NCBI GenBank assembly: GCA_050747225.1
Contig: JBOGOP010000003.1
Coordinates: 7,893-71,892 of the forward strand
Source of the DNA: Pyrinomonadaceae bacterium
GTDB lineage: Bacteria > Acidobacteriota > Blastocatellia > Pyrinomonadales > Pyrinomonadaceae
DNA length: 64,000 nt
Direction of reading: 5' to 3'
Part shown: positions 40,522 through 49,958 of the stretch, one piece after another
How the letters are laid out: the number at the start of each line of letters is the position of its first letter
Position numbering within the stretch: position 1 is the stretch's first letter
Notes under the pieces: generated by a model
Told to the model about the DNA's origin: nothing
Seen by the model: the letters and a program-made list of their open reading frames with translations, nothing else
The model's database searches: none
Made by a program: the position numbers and the translations under genes

Positions 40522-42569
40522 GCCTGCGGTTCTCCGTCGCTGCTTATTGCCGGAAGCGAAATCGTAAAAGTAGTTCCGACGCCTGGCGTGGATTGCACGT
40601 CGAGACTGCCTTCGTGCTCGGTTAAGATACCATAACAAACCGCTAGGCCAAGACCTGTGCCCTTGCCAATTTCCTTCGTAGTGAAGAACGGCTCAAAAAT
40701 TTTGGTGATGTTCTGCTGCGGAATACCGACGCCAGTGTCGCTAACTTCTATCAACACACTGTTGCCATTTCTTCGGCTGCCAATTTTCAGTACGCCCCCA
40801 TCCGGCATAGCGTCAATGGCATTGGTCGCTAGCGCAATGACTGCCTGTTGCAACTGGCCCGCGTCGCCGGCAATGAGCGGCAAGTCATTCGGGGTTTCGA
40901 TCTGAAATTCTACTTGTTCGCCACGCTGCTGGTGCGACAGCAGGCGAGTAGCTGAAGCAATCACGTCAGCGATATTCACCAGAATGTGTTCGCTGGAGCG
41001 CGTGTGACTGAAATCCAGTAGACCATTGGTAATCGTTTTGCAGCGAAAAGCCTCGCTACGAATCAAACCCAGGTATTCACGCAGGTCGTCAAGAGCCTCT
41101 GATTCTTTAAACTCGCCACCGCTAACCCGCGACTCAAGAGCTTCCGCGCATGCGGAGATAGTGGCGAGCGGATTATTTATTTCATGCACAACTCCGGCGG
41201 CCAGGCGTCCAATCGCCGCGAGCTTCTCAGCGCGCGCGACCGCGCGATTCGCCTCTACGCGGGCGGTAATGTCCTCCCCGATCGCAATCACATGGGAAAC
41301 TTCGCCGCTGCGATCAATCCACATCGGAATCTTGCTGATCAACCAGTGCTTCAGCTCGCCGTTTGTGAGTGCGGTTGTGTTTTCAACACGCTGGATTTCT
41401 CCACTCGCAAACACGCGAGCAAATTCGCTTTCCAGTAGTTCGCGCTTCTGCCGCGTCAAGACGCCGAAAATACTCTTGCCCAGGACGGAGCCGCGCGGAA
41501 TTCCCAACTCACCAAGCTCTCGGTTACGATTCCAGGCAACAATCTCGAAGTTGCGATCCACAGCGTAAAGCGAGAGCGGCAGGCTATCAATAATTGCCTC
41601 GATGAAGCGGCGTTGCGCCTGAACCTCAGCGGTGCGCCGCTCGACTTCTATTGTTAGATTAGCCGACGCTTCGCGCGCCGCCTGGTATAGACTGGAAATG
41701 TGCGCCGCCAATGCAGCCTGCTGTGCCGCCGCATCAACCAACCGGCAAACGGTGTCGTCGCAGTCTTCACGTTTGTCAAAAGCAACAATTAGAGCGCCCT
41801 TGGGACGACCGCCAAACCTGAGCGGCGCCGCATATTCCACGGCATGCGCTTCGTCGCGCAATAGAAATTTGTTCTGCTCACTGATGAGTAACGGCGCGAC
41901 ACTTGCCGATGTGGAGGCGGTCAACCAGTTCTTTAATCGATCTACTTCCAGCAGCGCTGAACCTTCCGCACTTCCTTCGCGGTCAAAAACACACGCTGCC
42001 TCGCTTTCATCACCAAGACTTATGAAGGCTGCGCACATGGCAGCGCTCGTGCCTTCGTAGGTCGCACCAGCGACGCGGTTTACCAGCTGATCGAGCTCAA
42101 GCGTCCGCAAGAGTCCGCGGCCCAGATCGGCGAGGAACCTCAGTTCACGATTGCTGTCAATGAGTTCCCATTCTCTCTGTGCTGCTCGTAGGTGGGCCGC
42201 CGATCGGGAAACAATTTCGGCCACAGAAGATTTGGCAAGACACTCGTCGGCTCCGGCTGCGAAGGCCTCCTGTTTTTGGCTTTCTGACTCGTGATCCGAT
42301 AGCCCGATTATGGGCAGTTTACTTGTGGCGGGTTGCGCGCGAAGCAGTCTACAAAGCGCCAGTCCATCGACCTCGGATAGCGCCAGATCAACCACCACCA
42401 GATCGCAGGGCTCTGCCTGCAGTAAGCGCAGCGCCGATGTTGTCTGGGCAGCGGTCAGCGCGCGGTAACCGGCCTTCTCGAACATACTGCGAAGCCGTTC
42501 GCCCGCGCTGACGTCGTCGTCAACAATAAGAACGGTGGGGTCTTGTTGGGGGTTAGTTGCAGAAGGCAT
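40518..42569 (-). CDS. Hybrid sensor histidine kinase (REC-GAF-PAS-HisKA-HATPase)
   Basis: N-terminal receiver (LIVDDD...VVVDL). H-box [12 protein letters not shown] boxes DTGVGIP and GTGLGLAV. Confidence 0.88.
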   Translation of the reverse strand: MPSATNPQQDPTVLIVDDDVSAGERLRSMFEKAGYRALTAAQTTSALRLLQAEPCDLVVVDLALSEVDGLALCRLLRAQPATSKLPIIGLSDHESESQKQEAFAAGADECLAKSSVAEIVSRSAAHLRAAQREWELIDSNRELRFLADLGRGLLRTLELDQLVNRVAGATYEGTSAAMCAAFISLGDESEAACVFDREGSAEGSALLEVDRLKNWLTASTSASVAPLLISEQNKFLLRDEAHAVEYAAPLRFGGRPKGALIVAFDKREDCDDTVCRLVDAAAQQAALAAHISSLYQAAREASANLTIEVERRTAEVQAQRRFIEAIIDSLPLSLYAVDRNFEIVAWNRNRELGELGIPRGSVLGKSIFGVLTRQKRELLESEFARVFASGEIQRVENTTALTNGELKHWLISKIPMWIDRSGEVSHVIAIGEDITARVEANRAVARAEKLAAIGRLAAGVVHEINNPLATISACAEALESRVSGGEFKESEALDDLREYLGLIRSEAFRCKTITNGLLDFSHTRSSEHILVNIADVIASATRLLSHQQRGEQVEFQIETPNDLPLIAGDAGQLQQAVIALATNAIDAMPDGGVLKIGSRRNGNSVLIEVSDTGVGIPQQNITKIFEPFFTTKEIGKGTGLGLAVCYGILTEHEGSLDVQSTPGVGTTFTISLPAISSDGEPQA

Positions 42570-42777
42570 GCTTCAATCCTGAAACGCATGGCTGGTCTGG
42601 GGGACCTTAAGCCCTGAGACTGCGTACATCGCTTCGGTTACCCGAAAACGGAACACATCTCAAACAGCGATTGAAAGCGATGCGAATAGGAATGTCAAGA
42701 CTGTTAGATTAAAGCAACCGTATCGATCGCGGGAAAATCAGCTGCAGGCGGGGTTCAAGGTAGAGCATGAGAATCAA

Positions 42778-44763
42778 TTAGTTGACGCAAGTCAGGGCTT
42801 CGTCGTGCCCGGCTGGCATCGGCTTGTCGCTCTTGAAGCTGTTAGCACTGCCTGTCTGTCCCAGCTTTGATATTCTGTCGAGTTTGTGACCCGACTTGGC
42901 GCGGTACATAGCCTGGTCAGCGGCTACGAGCAGCTGATCCAGCGTTTCGCCATCAGCACCATAAGTCGAGGTGCCGACGCTGATTCCCACCCGTGCCTTG
43001 GCCCCACCGCGAACATGAAGCGAGAACTCTGAAACAGCGGTTTCGATGCGTTGCTTTAGGTCTTCAACCTGGTTCTCGCCCAATTCCTGCACAATGGCAA
43101 CAAACTCATCGCCGGCGTAACGGGCAAGAAAATCGTACTCGCGAAGTTGCGCCTGAATGATTCGCGCCATTTCGCGCAGCATCTTATCGCCAACTTTATG
43201 TCCAAATGAATCGTTCACGATTTTGAAGTCGTCCAGGTCAAGCATAACAACCTGAAAAGGCCGCGCGTTGCGTCTCGCCCGCGCAGCTTCTTCATCAAAG
43301 CGCAAAGCCATATAGCGCGCGTTCGGCAGTCCGGTGAGTTGATCGGTAAGTGCATTCGACTCAGCTTCGGCGTGCTGCATAGAATTAGACAAGGCGTCGG
43401 AAGCCAACCTGGTAACCGTCTCCAACAAACGCATGTGGTCTTCAGTGTAGTGCTGCAGCTCCGTCGAATAGACGGAAATTGCGCCCAGGATCATGTCGTC
43501 CTTAAACAAGGGCAGCGATGCCATCGAGCGGTATTCGTGTTCGATTTCAAGGCCAGCCAAGTCGAGACTGGGATGGAGTTGATTGATGGGACTGCGGTTC
43601 GCGAGAGCGAATCCAGTTACGCCTTCGCCCAGTGCAACACACTTGGTGGCCATGACCTGAGCGTTCTGTCCGGCAACGTGAGCGGGTGTGGCAAAGCCTT
43701 TCACCTCATCGTAAAGATAAACCACGCATGTTTGAAACGGGACCACGTGTCCTACTTTGTCAACCAGAACTTCCACCGTGTTGCGCACGCTCAGCGAGGA
43801 ACCGAACGTACGTGCTATTTCATATAGCGCATAAACCTCCTGATGAGCGCTCTTGATCTGGTCGTAAGCCAGATAAGCACCGCGCTCACGACTCTGGGTC
43901 ATGTCGACGTCAGGCAACACCAACGGTTCCGAGCCGTCGCTCGGCGGCAGTTGCTGCGGGAGACCAGCAGCTGCAATTTCCGACTCGAAGCGCGAAAGAT
44001 TTTTGATAAACGAGTCCACTACGGCTGGATCGAATTGACTTGCTGACCCGCGCAAAAGAAACGCTACCGCCTCATCACGCGTCATGCCCCGACGGAAAGG
44101 ACGATCCTCCCTAACTGAGTCAAAACAATCTACCACCGACATGATGCGGGCTGTGAGGGGAATCTGTTCCGCCTTCAGACCATCCGGATAGCCAAGTCCA
44201 TTCCAGTGCTCATGATGGTGACGCACGATTGGTAGTACCGGATAAGGAAACTCAACGCGCCTGAGAATTTCTGCGCCGACGGTCGTATGGATTTTCATTT
44301 TTTCAAACTCGGCCGGCGTTAGGCGGCCAGGTTTGTTAACGATGTGCGCAGGCACGGCAAGCTTTCCAATGTCGTGAAGTAACGCCCCGGCCTTTAGCGC
44401 CGCAATTTCAGCTTCTGAAAGCCCCAGCACTTGGCCCAACCCGGCGGCGTAGATTTGCACGCGCCGCACGTGGCAATGCGTAGTCTGATCGTTAGCGTCG
44501 ATGGCCGTCGCCAAAGCCTCGGCAGTCGCGAAATGTAAGCGACTTAGCTCTTCGCTCTCGCAAATCTTGGCAGTAAGACGTGACCTGATAATATGAATCA
44601 CGTGCGCGACGGCAACTGTCGCAATGCTCAGGACCGCCAGGGAGTAAGCTTGATTTGTGCTCCAGGCAACAATGAAAGCCACACCGGCAAAAAGAAATAG
44701 CCGGTAGTGGCTAAATGAAATAATTCGGCCCCTGATGTAATCCGCCGCGTTGAGCAGGCTCAT
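42778..44763 (-). CDS. Membrane-anchored HD-GYP / GAF / GGDEF(AGDEF) c-di-GMP turnover protein
   Basis: Two N-terminal TM segments. HDIGK...HHEHWNGLGYPDGL is the HD-GYP domain. A GAF-like middle domain follows. The C-terminal REYDFLARYAGDEF carries the RxxD I-site plus an AGDEF A-site. Confidence 0.85.
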   Translation of the reverse strand: MSLLNAADYIRGRIISFSHYRLFLFAGVAFIVAWSTNQAYSLAVLSIATVAVAHVIHIIRSRLTAKICESEELSRLHFATAEALATAIDANDQTTHCHVRRVQIYAAGLGQVLGLSEAEIAALKAGALLHDIGKLAVPAHIVNKPGRLTPAEFEKMKIHTTVGAEILRRVEFPYPVLPIVRHHHEHWNGLGYPDGLKAEQIPLTARIMSVVDCFDSVREDRPFRRGMTRDEAVAFLLRGSASQFDPAVVDSFIKNLSRFESEIAAAGLPQQLPPSDGSEPLVLPDVDMTQSRERGAYLAYDQIKSAHQEVYALYEIARTFGSSLSVRNTVEVLVDKVGHVVPFQTCVVYLYDEVKGFATPAHVAGQNAQVMATKCVALGEGVTGFALANRSPINQLHPSLDLAGLEIEHEYRSMASLPLFKDDMILGAISVYSTELQHYTEDHMRLLETVTRLASDALSNSMQHAEAESNALTDQLTGLPNARYMALRFDEEAARARRNARPFQVVMLDLDDFKIVNDSFGHKVGDKMLREMARIIQAQLREYDFLARYAGDEFVAIVQELGENQVEDLKQRIETAVSEFSLHVRGGAKARVGISVGTSTYGADGETLDQLLVAADQAMYRAKSGHKLDRISKLGQTGSANSFKSDKPMPAGHDEALTCVN

Positions 44764-45353
44764 CCACGCTCCTCAAAATTACCCCTGGTTCCATAAAAAC
44801 GAAATAGACCCTCATTCCCCGTTCTCCGCGCGGCCGACAGCTTGATCGTCGGTCAGTTTTTTGGCCGGAAGCAGAACTGGGGCAATCAGCTTTGCTTCCG
44901 GCCACGAGCGGGGCAAGCGAGCAAGCTCTCGGGCTTGCCTTGCTGGGTGAGAGTCTTGTCAAAATTGAGTGGCAGGCACTGCACCATTCAATTTTAGAAA
45001 TTGTGGCGGCTCGGACTCCGTGCGGAGAGTCCGTGAAGCTCTGCGCTTCATCAGCCGCGCATTTCTCTTTCTCAATTGTCGTGCCGCACACAAACAATGT
45101 GACCGAGCAATTAGATCGGTCGCGTTGTTGACAGTTTTGCAATGCCATACCTTTGGTCATTCCGCAGTTAACGCACGCAAAATCATAATGACAGGTCAGA
45201 TTGGAAAGTCCTGTCAAACTGGTCAATCCCTCGTTGACAAACGTTCAAGTAAGCGGGCAACCTTCGTCTTTACGCTAAGACGCGGAGCATTTTGTGAAGG
45301 TCAGTTTGTTGTAAACGCGTGCGTCTTCGTCACTGATCACTCACTGGTCATTA

Positions 45354-46733
45354 GTGTTCAAGTTGAGCAAAGTGGCAGATTCAATCAGTAACCCGTTAGA
45401 CATGAGCCGGCCAGCAGGTTACGTCGAACTGCTGCGCGGGAATCGCAGCTTTCGCCAGGTATGGCTCGGTCAGGTTGTCAGTCAGATGGGCGACTGGTTT
45501 GACACCATCGCTCTCTACACAATCATCCTTAGACTGACCGGGTCGGGCCGCGCCGTGGGACTCTTGTTAGTGGCTCGCTTTGTACCGAGCTTTCTCCTCG
45601 GCTCACTTTCCGGAGTCGTTGCCGACCGATTTAGTCGCCGTTCGATCATGATCATTTCTGATCTGTTGCGTGCGGTGGTCGTTCTGGGCTTTCTATTTGT
45701 TCGGCGCGCCGATCAGTTATGGATTATTTACTTTCTAACCGTACTGCAGCTGGCGCTTTCCACTTTTTTCGAGCCTGCCAAGACCGCGATCATTCCCTCG
45801 ATCGTTTCTGACCGCGAACTAGTCGCCGCCAACGCAATCACTTCCGTCACCTGGTCTGCGATGCTTACCATAGGTGCAGCTATTGGCGGGGTGGTAACCG
45901 GATTGTTTGGAACCGACGTCGCCTTCATTCTTGATGCGATGACGTACTTGCTTTCGGCAGCGCTGATAGCAAGCGTACGCATCTCGAAGCGCCCACCGCG
46001 CCAGAAGGCCAAGCTTACCGTCGGCCGGGCCCTGGGCATCACGCAAACGATCGAGGGAGCGCGCTACGTAAAGCGCCGTCCGGAGGTGCTTGCTCTGTTG
46101 TTGGTGAAACCAGCCTGGGGCCTGGGCGGCGGGATCCTGACATTACTGGCGGTCTTTGGCGAAAAGATTTTTCCAGTGGGAAAGAGCGCGGCCACCGGCA
46201 TCGGCGTGCTGTTCGCAGCGCGCGGCATCGGCACCGCTGTGGGGCCGATTGTCGCCCGTCGCATTTCTGGTGAAGGCAAGAAACGTATGCAAGTTTCGAT
46301 CGGCATAGCATTTCTTATCGGCGGTGCGTTCTACATGGCGTTTGGCTGGGCTACAAGTTTTGTGGTGGCGCTCATTGTGCTGGGAATGGCTCATACAGGC
46401 GGCAGTATTCTCTGGGTCTTCTCAACCGTGCTCCTGCAACGCGGAGTCGAAGACAACTTTCGCGGCCGCGTCTTTGCGGCGGAGTTAGCATTGCTTACAC
46501 TGACGATGGCAATCTCAAACTATGCGACCGGCGAACTGCTCGATCGGTTCAAGCTCTCACCTCGAGCGGTCGCCATTGGAATCGGGGCGCTTTTCGTGGT
46601 TCCGGGTGTTGCCTGGTTTTTTACCCAGAGATGGTGGGACAAGGACGAAGGTGGCGAGGCGCGGAGCGCGCGAGCAAATACGATCGAGGCTGACGATGTT
46701 AATCAGGAGCTAAAACATGGAACCCCCAATTAA
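45354..46733 (+). CDS. MFS transporter
   Basis: About 12 TM segments with MFS loop motifs. The start codon is uncertain (GTG 45354 or ATG 45402). Confidence 0.82.
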   Translation: MFKLSKVADSISNPLDMSRPAGYVELLRGNRSFRQVWLGQVVSQMGDWFDTIALYTIILRLTGSGRAVGLLLVARFVPSFLLGSLSGVVADRFSRRSIMIISDLLRAVVVLGFLFVRRADQLWIIYFLTVLQLALSTFFEPAKTAIIPSIVSDRELVAANAITSVTWSAMLTIGAAIGGVVTGLFGTDVAFILDAMTYLLSAALIASVRISKRPPRQKAKLTVGRALGITQTIEGARYVKRRPEVLALLLVKPAWGLGGGILTLLAVFGEKIFPVGKSAATGIGVLFAARGIGTAVGPIVARRISGEGKKRMQVSIGIAFLIGGAFYMAFGWATSFVVALIVLGMAHTGGSILWVFSTVLLQRGVEDNFRGRVFAAELALLTLTMAISNYATGELLDRFKLSPRAVAIGIGALFVVPGVAWFFTQRWWDKDEGGEARSARANTIEADDVNQELKHGTPN

Positions 46734-47127
46734 AGTCACTCCGAATCTCGTACGGCCCAAAGCGGTCACCAGAGCAATCCGGGTGATTTCAGCCTCCTTC
46801 GTCATTGGCGGCATCCGATCCGTTTTTGACCTCAAACAGAAACTGTCCGGCGGTTCGTTTCTGGCGGCAATATTGTTGCTGATCGTCTTTCTTGGTATTT
46901 GCTTCTTCTTCGTGAGCAAGATAGCGGCTGGCCGGAACTGGGCACGGTTCACGTTGTTAGTCCTCTTACTTATTCAACTTCCCTTCGCAGTCTTAGGTAG
47001 CATAGCGGAACTGAAAATGAATCTGCTCCATGGTTCTCTCAGCGTCATCATCGCGCTCTTACAGTTGATTGGAACTTACCTTCTCTTTACAAAGAACGCT
47101 AATCCCTGGTTTAGAAGTCGCAAATGA
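46717..47127 (+). CDS. Small 4-TM membrane protein
   Basis: Overlaps the MFS stop and the next gene's start (ATGA). Confidence 0.55.
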   Translation: MEPPIKVTPNLVRPKAVTRAIRVISASFVIGGIRSVFDLKQKLSGGSFLAAILLLIVFLGICFFFVSKIAAGRNWARFTLLVLLLIQLPFAVLGSIAELKMNLLHGSLSVIIALLQLIGTYLLFTKNANPWFRSRK

Positions 47128-47678
47128 GTATCACTGTTGGAGTGATGGGATCAGCTGGCGATGCGCCGGGCGTGAGTAATAAAGAAGCACTCGCAGAAAA
47201 AGCGAACGCTCTGGCGTTGGCGCTGGCAGAACGCAAAGTCCTGCTCCTGACTGGCGCCACGACCGGAATTGTCTATGTGGTTGGCAAGGCTGCTCGCGAG
47301 GCTGGAATTTTTCACGTCGGTGTTTCACCGGCCAACAATAGCGACGACCATGTTGATACGTACCAATTGCCGCTCGATGCTTGCAACTTGATCGTCTACA
47401 CGGGCTTTGGTTTGAAAGGACGCAACGTTGTTCTGGTACGCTCCTGCAATATCGTTCTGTTCATCGCGGGAGCGATGGGCTCGCTCAATGAATTCACAAT
47501 TGCGCACGATGAAGGGAAAGTAATCGGCTGTTTGACGGGCACCGGCGGCGTAGCAGACGAGGTCGATTACCTGCTTAAGAGATTTGCAAAAAATACCGGA
47601 ACGCGCGTTTTCCAGGACGAGGATGCAGGACGACTGCTCAACGCTTGTATCAATGAACTACGAAAGCGACAGCAATAG
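47124..47678 (+). CDS. TIGR00725/LOG-like (SLOG-fold) family protein
   Basis: ITVGVMGSAG...LLLTGATTGIVYVVGKAAREAG...GAMGSLNEFTIA. Confidence 0.7.
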   Translation: MSITVGVMGSAGDAPGVSNKEALAEKANALALALAERKVLLLTGATTGIVYVVGKAAREAGIFHVGVSPANNSDDHVDTYQLPLDACNLIVYTGFGLKGRNVVLVRSCNIVLFIAGAMGSLNEFTIAHDEGKVIGCLTGTGGVADEVDYLLKRFAKNTGTRVFQDEDAGRLLNACINELRKRQQ

Positions 47679-47684
47679 TAAAGG

Positions 47685-48353
47685 GTGATGTCGGACAGTG
47701 CGGAGTCTTTTCTGATGACGAGGGAGCCATCAATCGGAGCCCTATACTCTGAGCTCGGCGTGACTGCGAATGCGCTCGATCATCCCGAATGGACGCGGGC
47801 TCACCCGATCCAGATTACTCGTAAGTGGTCAGGAGCAGACGCACCTGCCTCGCGCCACGCAGAAGCACGAATCATCTGGACAGATGAATCCCTGATCGTA
47901 CGTTTCGTTTGCCGGCAAGAAGAGCCGTTGATAGTCAATCCCAATCCGCAATTCAGCAAAAAGACAATCAAGTTGTGGGACCGGGATGTGTGTGAGATTT
48001 TTATCGCGCCTGATGCGCAAGCTCCGGAACGTTATTTCGAGTTTGAAGTTTCGCCACTGGGCGAGTGGGTTGACCTCGCTATTTCCTTCAAACCAGCTGG
48101 CCGAGAGACCGATTTCGAATTTCACTCAGGCATGACTACGGCAGCGACCATGGACGGAAGTCAGATGACTGTCGCGATGGAAATTCCCTGGAGCAGCTCT
48201 CTTCCGAAACCGCAAAAGGGCGACGTGTGGCGAGTTAACTTATTTCGTTGTGTGGGATTTGGAGATGATCGTTATTTGGCGTGGCAACCTACGTATGCCC
48301 CAGAACCAAATTTTCATGTGCCGGAAGTTTTTGGTTGGCTTGCTTTTCTTTAG
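47685..48353 (+). CDS. Carbohydrate-binding family 9-like (DOMON-like) protein
   Basis: Motifs LWDRDVCEIFIAPD..RYFEFEVSPLGEWVD, GDVWRVNLFR and NFHVPEVFGWLAF. Confidence 0.7.
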   Translation: MMSDSAESFLMTREPSIGALYSELGVTANALDHPEWTRAHPIQITRKWSGADAPASRHAEARIIWTDESLIVRFVCRQEEPLIVNPNPQFSKKTIKLWDRDVCEIFIAPDAQAPERYFEFEVSPLGEWVDLAISFKPAGRETDFEFHSGMTTAATMDGSQMTVAMEIPWSSSLPKPQKGDVWRVNLFRCVGFGDDRYLAWQPTYAPEPNFHVPEVFGWLAFL

Positions 48354-48354
48354 C

Positions 48355-48804
48355 TCAGTTTGGACTTATTTCTTTGCTTTCGCGTAAGTTTGAAACGTAA
48401 GCCAAAAACCTCGCGCGATCTTCTTCAGGCATCCGTACGATCTTTAGCGCAATCACGTAGCCCGTTTCGCCCCGGTCTTCTTCAAGCCGTTCATAACGAA
48501 CCGGCGTTGCCTGCATTTCAACCAGCCCACCTGGTAACTGGATTTTCACGTTTAGACCGCGATTCTCACCTACCAGGTGATGTTCTCCCAGTGTGATTCT
48601 AGGGACGACAATCGCGAGTCCGTTTGAACTCAGATCCATCGTGTGACCATCCATCCAGTTGATGCGTCGCGTTCCATTCAAGCCCTTGGTGGCGGAGATT
48701 AGTGAAAGACTCAGGCTCAAGCGAACGCGCTGCCGCTTTGAATGGCGGCGATCGCCGACGTACTGCCGCAGGCGTGACACTATTGTTCTGGTAAATTCTG
48801 CCAT
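48355..48804 (-). CDS. Stand-alone PilZ-domain protein
   Basis: RRHSKRQR (RxxxR) and DLSSNG (DxSxxG) motifs. Confidence 0.75.
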   Translation of the reverse strand: MAEFTRTIVSRLRQYVGDRRHSKRQRVRLSLSLSLISATKGLNGTRRINWMDGHTMDLSSNGLAIVVPRITLGEHHLVGENRGLNVKIQLPGGLVEMQATPVRYERLEEDRGETGYVIALKIVRMPEEDRARFLAYVSNLRESKEISPN

Positions 48805-48999
48805 GGTTCGCTTTTGACACTTCGGCTTAACCAGAGTGTCTCTTGTCTAAATGGGAGGGGGGCAGAACCAGCGAAGCCGGTCGGGATGTCGCACTTCCAT
48901 TCTAGTTAGCCCGACGCCCCGGCGCAACAAAAGATTGAGGCTGGCCGCTGGGAGTGTCCGGCGTCATCTCCGGCAAATCAAGAGACCAGCCGCTGGCGT

Positions 49000-49839
49000 T
49001 CAGTTCTTGATTTCAGGAGTAAGGGGTTTTCCGCCAATATCGCCGTTCCTGACGCCGGCGGCGTCCAGGTAAAACGAGAGCTTACCGCTGCGACCGTATT
49101 GAGCAGGTTCGGCTGCGGCGTTCCAGGTCTTGCCGCCGTTTGGGGCGTTAACGTGAAAGCGGTAACCAGTCGACTCCGTACCCTCGAGATCCTTCGGCAG
49201 CAGGCCCAACGAAATCAACGTAGCCAAATCCGCAAACCGGCCCTCGTGTTGTTGACTGTAGAGCAATTCGGCCAGTGAGATGCGCGTAAGCATGTCTTGA
49301 ACATCGCCATGATGAGCGTCTATGCGGGTGTCGAAAAAGTAACGCTTGCCAGCCTTCTTCACGACCTGTTGGCTCTCACGATCACCGACAATCCACACAC
49401 CATTGACCAACAATAACGGCGCCGGCTGAGTGGTTGGTTTGCCCTCACTATCAAGAATGTTCACAAACACAGTGGCATCACTGCCGCTGATTTGTTCTCC
49501 AGCTATGTCCACTTTAGCGGGTATTTTCTCGCTGATAGCTAACGCCACCTTCTCAAAGTCTGGCCGAAGATCCTCAAACTCCTCGGGCTTCAACCCGTCC
49601 ACCGCGGGTTTGAAAATGGACATGTCGAAGGCCTCGCGATATTTCTTCTCACGCAGCAGGCGGTAAAACTCGCGTATTGTGTCTGACGGCGAGCGTCCTG
49701 CCGGCGACTGCGCAGGCTTTGTTTGTGGCTGCTCGGTTTGCGACATTGCCGGCGAGGCACACAACGCCACACTCAGGAGCACGGCGATGACAACAAAAGT
49801 ATGGAGGAATCGCGATCGTGAAATTGAAGCTCGCATCAA
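49000..49839 (-). CDS. Secreted hypothetical protein
   Basis: Signal peptide. No catalytic motif recognised. Confidence 0.55.
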   Translation of the reverse strand: MMRASISRSRFLHTFVVIAVLLSVALCASPAMSQTEQPQTKPAQSPAGRSPSDTIREFYRLLREKKYREAFDMSIFKPAVDGLKPEEFEDLRPDFEKVALAISEKIPAKVDIAGEQISGSDATVFVNILDSEGKPTTQPAPLLLVNGVWIVGDRESQQVVKKAGKRYFFDTRIDAHHGDVQDMLTRISLAELLYSQQHEGRFADLATLISLGLLPKDLEGTESTGYRFHVNAPNGGKTWNAAAEPAQYGRSGKLSFYLDAAGVRNGDIGGKPLTPEIKN

Positions 49840-49958
49840 CTTTTATCCTCTGTAATCATAAAGATGAGGCGCGCTCCGGTCTTAGCAGCGCGCCTCGGCT
49901 GTCCTGAATGATTTGTCAGGTAACCATATCGACGTCGATGATAATCTCAGGCAGTCCG

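Noticed and set aside
44764-45353. A c-di-GMP riboswitch upstream of the GGDEF/HD-GYP gene.
   Set aside because: I could not find the conserved GEMM-I or GEMM-II sequence blocks by eye. This needs an Rfam scan.
44711-45391. ORFs 44711..45226 (-) and 44969..45391 (+) in the long intergenic region.
   Set aside because: The sequences are Cys/Arg-rich and implausible. They overlap each other and the start of the GGDEF gene, and neither has an RBS.
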